This document shows, piece after piece, positions 19,701-28,900 of a stretch of 64,000 nucleotides of DNA. Position 1 is the first letter of the stretch; every line of letters starts with the position of its first letter. A program made the position numbers and the translations under genes. This DNA comes from an uncultured virus (IMG/VR IMGVR_UViG_3300020536_000659) (lineage: Duplodnaviria; Heunggongvirae; Uroviricota; Caudoviricetes). The stretch is from IMG/VR virus record IMGVR_UViG_3300020536_000659; one strand, written 5' to 3'. Below the pieces are notes generated by a model. It was not told the origin of the DNA. It saw only the letters and a list, made by a program, of their open reading frames with translations, and ran no database searches.

Positions 19701-22030
19701 TCATTTGCGACATTAAGAATTTTAGCAACTGCGGTGTTTGACGAATTGGCCACCTTAATATAATCACCAGCCCTGTAGCTAGTCAAAAATGCAGTGCCGC
19801 TTCCTGTGACATTAGCGGTCGTTGAAGTGAAGGTAACAGTTCCAGCAGCATTTGATTGAGCTTGATAGTTGTTATCGGGAACTATCATAAATTCTTTTCT
19901 TTGGGCGGAAACAAGAGTTCCAGAATATGGAAATATTTCGCTAGCGCCTGGAGTCAAAGTGATGTAACCTGTTGTGTTTGCTTGTTTTGATGTGCCAAAC
20001 GTTCTATACGTATAGGTTATAGAATTAGCAGATTTCGACGCTTCTAGATTCTTGACAAGCAATCCGTTAAATCCAGAACCAACATCTCTGAGAATAGTGT
20101 TGTTTGATTCAAGAACTGTGTCAGCAACAGCAACTTTTGTGCTGTTGTAGTAAACAGATCTGGTGTCTATAAAATTTTTGCCAGCATTCATTTTGATGTC
20201 AAATAGGTAAAGATGCCACTCCCCATCATTATCCCCAGGGAGCATCCCTCTTATTCTGGCACTACCAATCGCGTTTCCAGAAGGAGCAGTAATAGCATTA
20301 GAATTATTAGAAACACTAGCAATAAAATTCTTAGCTGTATCATATAAAGAAATAACATCGCCAAGATTAAACTGAAAAACTCCACCGACATTATTGATTT
20401 TTATAAACGATCCGTATGCCACCCGAGATTTGGCTGTCGGCAGATTAACATTGTCTGTTCCCTTGTTTACGCTCTTGGAAAAATTGCCAGTCGTGGAAAC
20501 TCTATATCCCTTGATATAGGCTGTGCCAGGATCAACAACTACTTTAAAGGTGCTTGCGGTATTTGCAAGATTCTTTTCATCCTTAGCCAAAACGTTAAAC
20601 TGATTGATGACATAATTGCCGCTTTCTTCATATGTTCTTTTGGCCATCTCATCAGCAATAACGCTGTATACAGTTTGAGATCTTTGTCTGAAAGGAACGC
20701 CATCAGTTATCTCAATGATAGGAAGGAAGTCAACGTTAGCTTGAGCCTGAGTTGGTGTCAACACGACTAATTCTGGAGTCAGTTTAAGTCTATCAGATCC
20801 TGGGGCGGAGAAATTAGGACTTCCTGTGGCATTATCAAACAGAGAATTGTCTTGGTTCGAATTAATGATTTGTTCTTTTGTATCAAATCCAACAACGGCA
20901 TCAAATGCTGTGTTGGAATACTTGTTAACAACCAGAGTTTGTTCGTTTACTCTAGAGAAAAATCCTTTTTGGTAGATAACACCTGGAGCCACCTTAACTC
21001 CGTATCCTGTTCCGATAGGAGTTTTGCTGCTGTCCGCAGTAGAAACTGAAGCTTTAAAATTGAGAGCGGCGACATTAAGCTGATTAATAGCAGAGGTTGT
21101 GATTGAACTGTTAGAAGTTATAGAAACTGTAACGTGAGGCTGGATGTAATATCCGGATCCTAGATTTGTTGGCTCGATCGAAACAATTTTTCCTAATGAA
21201 TCTGTGACCAACACAGCTGCAGCACTAGATCCTATGATAGCTACAACGTTAGCCGTATTTGCTGTATTGGCGTTTCTGATAGTTTCGCCTTCTCTAAATG
21301 TCCAAAGAACGCTGTTTGCAGTTTTTAGATCATCCGCCAATGGCTTAACTCTAAGAATCAAAACTTGATTGTTTGTTGTGCTATCAGTTTCAATAATTTG
21401 TAAGTTGGCCACATTATTTTGAATGATGTGCCCGTTAGCAAAAGCTCCAGCTGGGAAAACAGATCCGCCACTAGAATTTTGAATAGCAATAGCCGAGACA
21501 ACAACTATAGAATCGTTGTTCGAGAATGCAGAAGAACCATCACTAATGTCATATTTGAAGATAGGATATGTTTTATCGTATACAGTAAGAACCTGATTTG
21601 CAGAAAACGCAAAGGTATTTCCATTATTTCCTGAATTAGTATATTTTACGAAAAGAGTGTTAAGATCGGGATTTTGTGATTCAAAACCATCTGCAGTTTT
21701 AACAACCAGAGCCTCTAAGCCAACAGAATTTTTTACTGTCATTCCCTCGTAACTGGAAACGTTTACAGGAGCTCCGTTTACTTCTGAGTCTTTTAGTTTT
21801 ACATAAGGGAAAATAGAAAAGTATGTTAGACCGCATCCTTCAATAATCGTTCCTTTTTTGAAAAGATTATTTGCCAGATTTTCCATCTGGTCATTTAGAA
21901 TAGTTTGAAGTTGATTGAGTTCTCTAACCTGAACAGAAACCCCAGGCTTGAAAAGGATCTTAGCAAACCCTTTAGTTTTATCAAAATCGTCATAATATGG
22001 CGATATATTAAAATCTGTGTTCAGAGGCAT
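16775..22030 (-). CDS. VrlC-like (DUF4815) large virion structural protein
   Basis: 1751 aa. N-terminal SPYYDDFD...LFKPG..VQ.RELNQLQ; APGSDRLK; RTYEESGNY; Y.MKDI..LERR...EYY; DRFK.GFFVD.F. Confidence 0.85.
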   Translation of the reverse strand: MPLNTDFNISPYYDDFDKTKGFAKILFKPGVSVQVRELNQLQTILNDQMENLANNLFKKGTIIEGCGLTYFSIFPYVKLKDSEVNGAPVNVSSYEGMTVKNSVGLEALVVKTADGFESQNPDLNTLFVKYTNSGNNGNTFAFSANQVLTVYDKTYPIFKYDISDGSSAFSNNDSIVVVSAIAIQNSSGGSVFPAGAFANGHIIQNNVANLQIIETDSTTNNQVLILRVKPLADDLKTANSVLWTFREGETIRNANTANTANVVAIIGSSAAAVLVTDSLGKIVSIEPTNLGSGYYIQPHVTVSITSNSSITTSAINQLNVAALNFKASVSTADSSKTPIGTGYGVKVAPGVIYQKGFFSRVNEQTLVVNKYSNTAFDAVVGFDTKEQIINSNQDNSLFDNATGSPNFSAPGSDRLKLTPELVVLTPTQAQANVDFLPIIEITDGVPFRQRSQTVYSVIADEMAKRTYEESGNYVINQFNVLAKDEKNLANTASTFKVVVDPGTAYIKGYRVSTTGNFSKSVNKGTDNVNLPTAKSRVAYGSFIKINNVGGVFQFNLGDVISLYDTAKNFIASVSNNSNAITAPSGNAIGSARIRGMLPGDNDGEWHLYLFDIKMNAGKNFIDTRSVYYNSTKVAVADTVLESNNTILRDVGSGFNGLLVKNLEASKSANSITYTYRTFGTSKQANTTGYITLTPGASEIFPYSGTLVSAQRKEFMIVPDNNYQAQSNAAGTVTFTSTTANVTGSGTAFLTSYRAGDYIKVANSSNTAVAKILNVANDTFMTLTANAPLTITNTSYLYFPNNVPISMTRDGRSIVVETNNSITIYIGNTVATTAGSATNMDVSVAYNITKSGVNPDAKLIKRNIYSRIVCSNNLAKTSGPWPLGTSDVFRMSQVIKANGASRTITFSSETAVSNTDDFITISSNPFANGDSLVYSNTSGTAIGGLSNNTTYYVVAANSTGVKLASTRNGSAIDITAVSGGGNHSLVGSPIYFTETTNDVSDVTNEFYIDHRQSEDMLDISHLVRRPNYPSLSNNDVLLVKYDAFTSTPGVKTVSSYSVNDTANVATMGNTSINTLEIPEVWGINGQYYDLRDQFDFRPTVANTIPLTSEVSNTSIVNPIVPTFSNKFTASEKYFPVSDADLTANVVYYLGRTDRVVVGVNENIDVIKGYAGKEEPPPAPSDTITLQLLEIPPYPSLPKAMSQDMIALADTKVYNGKGSQRIFEHTVTTPIDANKREILQTKNYKMKDIASLERRVSDIEYYVSYTIAETLAKTRFIPSTLSGGTDRFKVGFFVDTFSNYQYSEVLDPEFNSTIEDERLTAHIEETVIELRHESSPNIGDSIASVDYVEVTAYKQIEATELEAPVPEVVDVVDTVITPGVPTTTTAPIGTVEPPVVVQQIVSEIKTNKNTNWSSTRAVYDDWNFTMSKTAGPVEIYMNHRARFNAIVIEQAESENGPWVEVINSNGALAVTQNDVLNKGISSLLDNVGYWKLGVKFLDTSQLVPGTSIYWWREHQKFIFSHNPDNGLYYRVRVYKGGVRDKASPGKYEYKIFYPADFEVEKTYVVKEPNEYIYNGDVVDVFPKNVPIGGSNINDPNNQQVWFSQGMEEQISEAQRQNNYNPNYWWTNGYVHTVEVIGLKPNTVHDLYFDGTKATDKCEQIRTTTDNVTGLKTDENGTLKLNFYNDSLIDLSMVNTTFAQDQIRTGLIPSVKEISVSSADMSSVATSIINVSPWLSNLNAETDTTESVYNLAEL

Positions 22031-22044
22031 TTAATTAACTTCTC

Positions 22045-24432
22045 CTAGAATCTCAGAATAATCTTAACAACTTCTGATTTATCAGTATCTCTAGAAATTG
22101 GTTGAACGTTTTCAAAATATATAACTTGTCCACTATCCTTTACAAAATCACCTTTGTATTTAGCTGACAAATATGAAAATATAGCATCACTAGATTCGCC
22201 GATAATGGGTTTTAAATTTGATGGATCTAAAGCAAATATTCCAGTTTCATTGGTTACGTAAAGCACATCATCGTTAGCTCCACCACCCGTTTCAATATGA
22301 TGGACAAATGCTTTTGGTTGTGTATACTGTATCAAATTTGTCTGACTAATTTCTTCATCTTCTATGAAATTATTACCAGTTTGTAAATTTCCAGCTAGAC
22401 GAGACAATTGAACCATAACGTTGAAGAGATTTGGATCTTTGTCGTTTATTTGCAGAGCATTAAATTCTGAGTTTGATGTTCTTATGACTGAAGTTGTTCC
22501 AGAAGAAAGTCCTACAATCTTAGCTCCTTCCTGGAAAACACCAGAAACATTAGAAAGAGTTATCTGTCCTGTTGATATTGCGGTAACAGTTCCAGTCGCC
22601 TCAGTTTCTATTTTTGAAACTCTTGCTGTGGTATTACTAAACGGTGAATTGCTGGAAACAACAATAACGTCTGAGTTGGAAACACTAGAAACAACATTAA
22701 TCCAGTTTTTAGTTTCCGTTGATACCAGAGCATAATCGCCAGTTTGAAAACAATCATCAAAGAAAGTTTTTTCTGGATTAGCTAGAGTAGCAATCAAAAC
22801 AGCATTTGATCCAGTAGATCCCCCAACCGAGACTGTAGGAGCAGAATCATATTTTGTTCCCTGGTTAGAAACTGTTATGGAGGTAATAGTTCCGCCTGGG
22901 TTACTATTTACAAATGTTGCGACAGCTACTGTTCCGCCAGAAAGAGGATTAGAGAATACCAAAGAGTTATTAACAGTAGAATTATATCCAGTACCACCAT
23001 CAACAATAGTAATTGTCGTAGATATTTTACCTGTATCTGTTTTTGTGATAGTGTTTGCTGTAGTAGAAACTGTGACATTTCCAGCCAATCTAATATTCTT
23101 GAACTGACTAACTTTTTCTCCGATAGAAAAACTTCCGACTGTTAATGTCGTGTTACAGAAAACGTCTAAATTGTTTAGTTTTGGATTTGATATGATACCA
23201 ATTTGACGAAAATCGTTATCAGTAGATATCATCCCTTGCTCTGTGTTTGAGAATTTACTATACACACAAACTCTATCAGCAAAAAGCTCGTTATAGGGAT
23301 CTGATCCGTGACCGCCAGCAGGAGGAATAATAACTTTTAATTTAGCTTCTTCGAAATCAACTCCACCTGAAATAACTGCAGGCAAATCAATTAAATTAGA
23401 ATTTGAGCTAAGTGGAAGAACATCTGGAGAAACACCAACATATGCCTCTGCTTTCCTGTATCCTGCTCCAGAATTCAATATTTCTACACTCGAAACAGAA
23501 TTGGAGGTATTGGCATCGATAATCGCCATAGCTTCAGCAGGAACGGTTTCATTCATATCTCCAAAAACATAGATGTATGGATATATTTGATAAGTATCAC
23601 CCACTGCAGGAACAGTTGTGAATGCTCTATCTAATATTACAGTTTTCTTTTCTGATGTTCCAACATACCCAACAATTCTTCTATACTGATCAACAGCTGT
23701 TCCGTTGGTTATTCTTAACACACATCCAGTATAATATTCGTCGATGGAGGAAGCATCGTCCTTTACGCCATAAAAGGTGTCAGCTCCTCCTACTTTAATA
23801 TCGCCAGTTCTAAAAACTCCATTGGCAATATAATTGTCGTATCTTTGACCTGCATCTTCAACCACAATAACATCAATTTGTCCAGGAACTGCTGATTGTA
23901 TTACTGTGGTGTTCGCTGTTACAGGAACAAATGATGTTGTGGAAAATTTGTTCCAATCAGCCGAAGAAATTGTATACATATACTTCCAAACATATTGATC
24001 TCCAGTCTCAAACGGAAGAAGATCGACTGCAGAACCCGCTCGAGTAGGTTCTACGTTTGACGCAATTCCGCCCGCATTGTACAAACACTTATAAACATCA
24101 TATTGTGACCCAGTGTTTGAAACCACATAAAAATCTTTTTCATAAAGAAACCCATCATCATGGGAATACATGTCATAGACCGTGTTTGCAGTCCACATAA
24201 TTTTTGGTATCATATGAACCTTATCGGAGTCAGAAACTCTTTTAGCAAAAATCATATTATCATAAACATTAATAACAGTAGAATCTACTGAGTTGTCTGG
24301 AGAAGGAACTGATCCATCTCCTCCAGTATAAGGGATATGTCTAGAAGCGTAAACGAATAACTCATCATTAGAAGAAATGAATTTTTTGGCGTTCTCGACG
24401 TTAAAGGTTTTTGTGACAAGTTTAGTCGACAT
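22045..24432 (-). CDS. gp8: Baseplate wedge subunit gp8
   Basis: YDVYKCLYN, YVWKYMYTI, GGHGSD, NDFRQIGII, SGQVIYFEN..PI.R...SE.VKIIL.F. Confidence 0.85.
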   Translation of the reverse strand: MSTKLVTKTFNVENAKKFISSNDELFVYASRHIPYTGGDGSVPSPDNSVDSTVINVYDNMIFAKRVSDSDKVHMIPKIMWTANTVYDMYSHDDGFLYEKDFYVVSNTGSQYDVYKCLYNAGGIASNVEPTRAGSAVDLLPFETGDQYVWKYMYTISSADWNKFSTTSFVPVTANTTVIQSAVPGQIDVIVVEDAGQRYDNYIANGVFRTGDIKVGGADTFYGVKDDASSIDEYYTGCVLRITNGTAVDQYRRIVGYVGTSEKKTVILDRAFTTVPAVGDTYQIYPYIYVFGDMNETVPAEAMAIIDANTSNSVSSVEILNSGAGYRKAEAYVGVSPDVLPLSSNSNLIDLPAVISGGVDFEEAKLKVIIPPAGGHGSDPYNELFADRVCVYSKFSNTEQGMISTDNDFRQIGIISNPKLNNLDVFCNTTLTVGSFSIGEKVSQFKNIRLAGNVTVSTTANTITKTDTGKISTTITIVDGGTGYNSTVNNSLVFSNPLSGGTVAVATFVNSNPGGTITSITVSNQGTKYDSAPTVSVGGSTGSNAVLIATLANPEKTFFDDCFQTGDYALVSTETKNWINVVSSVSNSDVIVVSSNSPFSNTTARVSKIETEATGTVTAISTGQITLSNVSGVFQEGAKIVGLSSGTTSVIRTSNSEFNALQINDKDPNLFNVMVQLSRLAGNLQTGNNFIEDEEISQTNLIQYTQPKAFVHHIETGGGANDDVLYVTNETGIFALDPSNLKPIIGESSDAIFSYLSAKYKGDFVKDSGQVIYFENVQPISRDTDKSEVVKIILRF

Positions 24433-24702
24433 TTACAATTCCTCGATCTTTATCATCAAATCAGTTGTTCCTCGTTTTATTCGATGATAGGTTTTTGCAG
24501 GAACATAAATCTGATCACCTTCATTGAGCGCTCTTGGGAGAGAATTATCTTCCTGAAATTCCCATCCCTTTCCTAGTAGTACTGTTATGATTCTATCTTT
24601 TTCGTCTCTATGCCAAACCAATTCATCTTCTAGAACATCTTTTTTGAAGTTTCTAAAAAATTCATCTTTACTTATCTCACTATCATCATATGGCTTAGAC
24701 AT
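24433..24702 (-). CDS. Small cupin-like protein
   Basis: LVWHRD...WEFQEDN.LP...YVPAKTYHRIKRG; His pattern of a cupin barrel. Confidence 0.6.
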   Translation of the reverse strand: MSKPYDDSEISKDEFFRNFKKDVLEDELVWHRDEKDRIITVLLGKGWEFQEDNSLPRALNEGDQIYVPAKTYHRIKRGTTDLMIKIEEL

Positions 24703-25221
24703 TTACCACCATTTCTTACCTGAGTCGCTGAAGAATCTAGGCCATCTACAGGCCCAGTATGAGGCTGAAGTTTTATCTTTGTTGGTCAAACAGTGATGAC
24801 GAGCAATAAAAGACTTAGTAGCGCCTGGGTCATTGAATTTCTTCTGCATGCCAGACTGACTGAAGTTTACTAGCCGAACTCCATCTCCGCTTCGAACATA
24901 AACTGCTCCACCACCATTTTTTCTAAATGGCTTGCCGATACCTTTACCTTTCGTCTTATCTTCTTCGTTTAGTTCTACTTCAAATGGATAATCAAGAATA
25001 ACTTCTTTACCCTCAAACATAGCTGTTTCGCCAATGTCAGAACGAAGCATATCAGTTTCCCACTCGTCGATAGGTTTATATTGGCCTTCTTGATATAGAC
25101 GTCTGGCTTCTTTGATCATCTCAAAAAACATCTCTGAGCCAGGTCTAAAAATGTTTTCGGTGAGCCTAATATTGTTGCTCGTATGATAATCGATCGCTTC
25201 TTTGATTGTTTCTTGTTTCAT
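24703..25221 (-). CDS. Conserved phage hypothetical protein
   Basis: Start reassigned to MKQETIKE at 25221 because a separate small ORF ends at 25229. C-terminal KSFIARHHC...YWACRW motif. Confidence 0.65.
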   Translation of the reverse strand: MKQETIKEAIDYHTSNNIRLTENIFRPGSEMFFEMIKEARRLYQEGQYKPIDEWETDMLRSDIGETAMFEGKEVILDYPFEVELNEEDKTKGKGIGKPFRKNGGGAVYVRSGDGVRLVNFSQSGMQKKFNDPGATKSFIARHHCLTNKDKTSASYWACRWPRFFSDSGKKWW

Positions 25222-25228
25222 TTTGACG

Positions 25229-25366
25229 TCACTTTTTATTAGGAATACAATTGGGAACTTTTCTGCCATTTTTCATTTTCATACCAAACTGTTCATAGCC
25301 TTTCCAACAAGCTTCGCCTTCTTTTTTCTCGTTTATGATTTGTTTTATTTTTTCTAGTCTGGTCAT
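25229..25366 (-). CDS. 45-aa CWKGY-motif protein (not in ORF track)
   Basis: MTRLEKIKQIINEKKEGEACWKGYEQFGMKMKNGRKVPNCIPNKK; AGGA RBS. The CWxGY...VPNC motif recurs in T4-like phages. Confidence 0.75.
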   Translation of the reverse strand: MTRLEKIKQIINEKKEGEACWKGYEQFGMKMKNGRKVPNCIPNKK

Positions 25367-25384
25367 GTTATTTCCTGAAAAAGA

Positions 25385-25413
25385 TTGACGAGTGTTTTAA
25401 ATTTGAGTATAAT
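25385..25413 (+). promoter_or_regulatory. Near-consensus sigma70 promoter, antisense to the late genes
   Basis: TTGACG-N17-TATAAT. Confidence 0.55.
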
Positions 25414-25428
25414 CAGTAATGTCTCTTA

Positions 25429-25890
25429 TTATCTAAAACCTTTTTTATTCTGTTCGCTAATAACATCAACAATTTTTTGCATCAGTCTATTGGTTTCTTC
25501 AGCAGCTGTACCTTTTTCTAGATTTGATCCAAACAATTTTTTTTCAATTTCGTTTTTTACTCTTGGCTGTCGTAAAAATGCGTTTGCTTGTATTCTTGAT
25601 ATTTTTTCATTAAACGCTTTTATTTCTTCTCTTGACGCTTTTTTAGGGTCGGGCTCTGTCTGATTTCCATCTTCATCAACAGGATATTCGTCATCTCTTA
25701 CACCTGGCGACGAACCACCCAAATCCAAATCCAGGGTTTTTCCTCCATGCTCCACAGTCATTCTATGCGCCCCAAGGCCTGGAGTGTGAGTGTGAGTAAC
25801 TGTTATTGGCTCACCATTAAATTTTAACCCTTTGTGTGTGAAAGTTTCGGGTTTGTCGTAAACTGGTCCAGATTCTTTTTTCTTTGCCAT
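25429..25890 (-). CDS. Hypothetical late protein
   Basis: 153 aa; AAGGAG RBS; TATAAATA at 25917-25924. Confidence 0.7.
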   Translation of the reverse strand: MAKKKESGPVYDKPETFTHKGLKFNGEPITVTHTHTPGLGAHRMTVEHGGKTLDLDLGGSSPGVRDDEYPVDEDGNQTEPDPKKASREEIKAFNEKISRIQANAFLRQPRVKNEIEKKLFGSNLEKGTAAEETNRLMQKIVDVISEQNKKGFR

Positions 25891-25925
25891 TTTTATCTCC
25901 TTTTGAGGTTATTTTATATTTATAT

Positions 25926-28900
25926 TTATCCTGCTACGTTTCCTGTTACTGAAGACTCTGTTAGACTTAATGTGGCATTCGCCTCGTTTATTAACATCAC
26001 TGATCCGAAGAACTTAGTTCCAGCGGTATGCATAACTTTCTTGAACATATCTGCATATCTATCAACTGATAGCTTCGAGAATACTTCATAAGAATATTCT
26101 TGATAATAATCCCCATCATGCAGGCAAATAACATCACTCAAGAATCCTTTTGAGGTTTTGTAATAACCGCTTCCTATCCCTGTCCCGCCAAGAACAACCT
26201 TTACTGTCCCCGCTCTTTGACCATCCACAGAAACGAATTGTATTACCTCGTTATTGGTATAACCATAACCTGAGTCCACGATTTGTAGATTTGTTACCTG
26301 ACCCTCAGCAGTAATAACGTTTGCTTGAATATCTGCATTTAATCCAATTGGAAGAGAATCTATATCTTCTACAATAGAAACAACATTAGCATTTGCTCCT
26401 GATGTTTCACCCTTTATTGAAATGCCGACTTGCCAAAGATTTTCAAATTGTATTCTTCTAACTACAATAGTGGTCGAGTTTGCAGTTTGAACTATGCCTT
26501 CTGCTGTTACTATTTCTTGTTGTGAATTGGCCGAAAGTATGGTAGAGTTGACAACTGGATTGTTATTAAGAACAATAGTGTCTCCGTTTGAAATAGTTCC
26601 AGAGACGTTTCGAACAACTATAAAAGAGTTGCCTGATTGTTTGTATACGCCTCTAATGATTCCAGAGCCTCCATTATTCGAAGAATACACGGGATCATTT
26701 ACGCTGAAGCCTGGAATAAACAACAAAGCGTGACCATCTGAGGCAAAGGTTCCGTTATTTGCTATATCGATAGAACTTCCATTGAGAGTAGAAGAAAGTT
26801 TATAAAAATATGTATTGGAGTTTACGACAAAATAGTTATTTTCATTAGTCAGATTAGTTACTGCTGTGTTTCCGGAAGAAACTATATATTGCAATAACAT
26901 TCCATTTTGTAGGTCGTTTTTGTACAGCCTCAGATAATTCCCATTTGCGCTGGCGTTATACTTGATAAGACCGTGCCCCGTTTCATTCCCACCTGTATCG
27001 AGAGTTAATGCAGAACCGCCAACAGAATTAGAAAGTCTGAGATGACTCGAATTTGAATTTATAACATAATATAGATTATTGTTTGCAAGACCCAAAATTG
27101 CAGTATTTCCTACATCAGCTACGTATCTTACAATATCATCATTCGCAAATGGATTTGTTGGAACTGCGATATAATTATTTGCAATGTTCGCGGGAACAAT
27201 AAGTTTTATTGTTTCTGCAAGAACAATATTTCCTGTTGAGTTGCCGACAGAAATTCCAGTGGAATTTACAAACGAAACGTTTAAGATGGTATTGTTTGTT
27301 GTGACTGCAGTGTTTCCTGTTGCAGTAACGTATTTTACTTTGTCTCCTGCGACAAAAGATTGGGTGTTTGGTAATTTAATGAAACCATTGTTGGCGATCA
27401 AATCTAAAGTTGAGTTAAACGAAAACACGTTTGCTAAAGCATAAATCACATTATCAGTATCAGAAACGTCCAAGAAACTATTAAAGAATTTTGTTGATGG
27501 GGTTGTATCAAACACCCCATTATTTACTTGATAGGTATAGATGTTAGTATTTGGTAGATTTTGAGAAACTTTTTCTCCAGGCAAAAATACAGAATTAACG
27601 TTAGAGATTTTTATAATATAATCTTTTCTATTAAAGCCTGATATAGCTGGCTCTTGTATCAATACATACGGATCAACATTATATCCAGATCCTCCAAGAA
27701 CTGAAGTAAGAGACGCGACCTTTCCTACAGTCAACAGTTGGAAAGTCAAAAGATTGTTCAATATGCTGTTGTAATACCCAGTAGGGCTTTTTGCAAATCC
27801 AAGACCAACGCTTCTTAATTTTTTGTAGCGGTAATTATAAGAGTTTACTGTAGGATAAGTCAAAGAACCCACAGCTGATACGTTGGTGTTTGTGGTAGGA
27901 GTTGTAGAAATATAAAGATTGGCGGACGTAACAAAAGGTCCTTGCCAAACATCGCCTACTGTGATATTGGTACCAGAAATACCCCTTATGGTTGCTATCG
28001 TTGTTTTGCGAATTAATTGTGTATTTGCATGAACGTTGTTGCCAAAATTAGGTATGTTTGTGTTATTTACAAGTTTGTTATCGTGAACTGCAATCAGATT
28101 GAAACTGTTTCCAGAAGTGTTTGTGACTCTATAATATCCATTCGCAATCATTCCGTTTATAGTATTGGAACTACCAGGGTCATACACCACTAAGGAGTTA
28201 TTTGTTGCCCAAGGTAATAAAGTTGTAGTAGTAAACACTCCAGTAGTAGTGTTTAAGTCTGTTGAAGGATCAAAATTTCCAGATCTATCTTGAGAAACTG
28301 CTTGACCGACTTTAAACCCAGTATTTGATGCTACTGTGACAACTCTAGCTGTAATATCGATAGAAGTTTTAGAATTAGCATTTATAAAATCGTTATTGAT
28401 ATAGAGGGTTTCAGTTTCTCCAATGGTGCCGACATTGAATCCAGCACCAAATCCATCAGAGAAAGAAGTGACTGTAAAATTGACATTGCTGAAGATTCCT
28501 CGATATTTCGCTCCTGCAGTTTCCACAAAATCGCCACCTCTGGTGTTTCCAGTATACGATCCAACAGTAGCTATCGATGTGTTGCCTGAGGTGTATACGA
28601 AATCTCCGGATTCGAAGAATCCTTTTAGTGGGATAATATTAAGAATGGCAGTATTTGAAGAAACGTTTGACCTTACTACTAGACCAGAAGCAGAAATGTC
28701 ATCATTTGCATCATATTTGTAAACATATGGGCTGATAAGCCATTGTGGTGGGGTGTTTGCGTCGGCCAAATCGATTCTAAAAGATCTCTTGTTGATATTG
28801 TATACACCAACTGATGCTTCTACGTTTGTTATTGTGGTGTCGTTCAAAGAGTTGCCGTTTACAAAGTGGCCTATTGTGTTCACAACTGTTATGGTGTTGT

